64,000 bases of DNA from Octopus sinensis (Eukaryota), in contig NC_043005.1 of the NCBI RefSeq assembly GCF_006345805.1, forward strand, positions 76,260,001 to 76,324,000, in the 5' to 3' direction. The position numbers and the translations under genes are program-made. How positions within the stretch are numbered: position 1 is the stretch's first letter; each line of letters begins with the position of its first letter. Below the pieces are notes generated by a model. That model did not search any database, was not told where the DNA came from, and saw nothing but the letters and a program-made list of their open reading frames with translations. This document shows, piece by piece, positions 63,590-64,000 of the stretch.

Positions 63590-64000
63590 AATGTGAATTT
63601 ATATATGTTTGCATGCATGTATAAATGTATGTATGAATGTATTATGCATGTTAGTTCTTGATGATGCTCGTTCCAGTATATCATTATTCTATTTATATAG
63701 CCAACGGGTGGCTATTTTATTATTTTCTTTTTGCCGTTTCATACCAATTAAATAAGTCATTATTGAATTCGTAACTCCAAGAAAAATACACTTTATAGTT
63801 TCAGTTTCTTCCATAATTATAACTAATATGATTCTGTTTACCGTTTTCGATGTTGCTTTTCTTCAGTTCTTCTTTGCCGTTGTTGTTGATATTGTCGTGT
63901 TCAGCCATGTTGTTTGTAGCAAATCTTTGCAAAAGGAATCATTTATGGGGAAAATATTCACTAGATCTTGAATAAAAAGGTTTATTTTTTGCAACGAATG

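Overview
Eukaryotic, repeat-saturated non-coding DNA. The SINE families and microsatellite load suggest an octopod (Octopus-like) genome; this is pattern recall, not a database match. I find no supportable host exon, tRNA/rRNA gene or CRISPR array, and most listed ORFs are translated microsatellites. Content: many tRNA-derived SINEs (at least four head/tail types, several with target-site duplications), a cluster of four L1/Tx1-clade LINE copies sitting in (TATC)n, a CR1-clade LINE inserted into a SINE, RTE fragments, two Penelope-like elements (PLEs), MITE-like palindromes and a 25-bp minisatellite. Main result: an ~8 kb array (51597-59580) of a ~474-bp unit in which each complete unit carries a type I hammerhead ribozyme fold (16 complete copies). 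The array flips orientation at 55232 into a giant inverted repeat and both ends lie in (TA)n. A second, sequence-distinct repeat with the same 474-bp period (38432-39072) carries its own hammerhead. All three 3' termini fall just after a CCTWAATTG-like motif. With nearby PLEs carrying minimal hammerheads, this looks like a PLE-mobilised, retrozyme-like self-cleaving (possibly circular) RNA system. Ribozyme activity, expression and novelty are untested.
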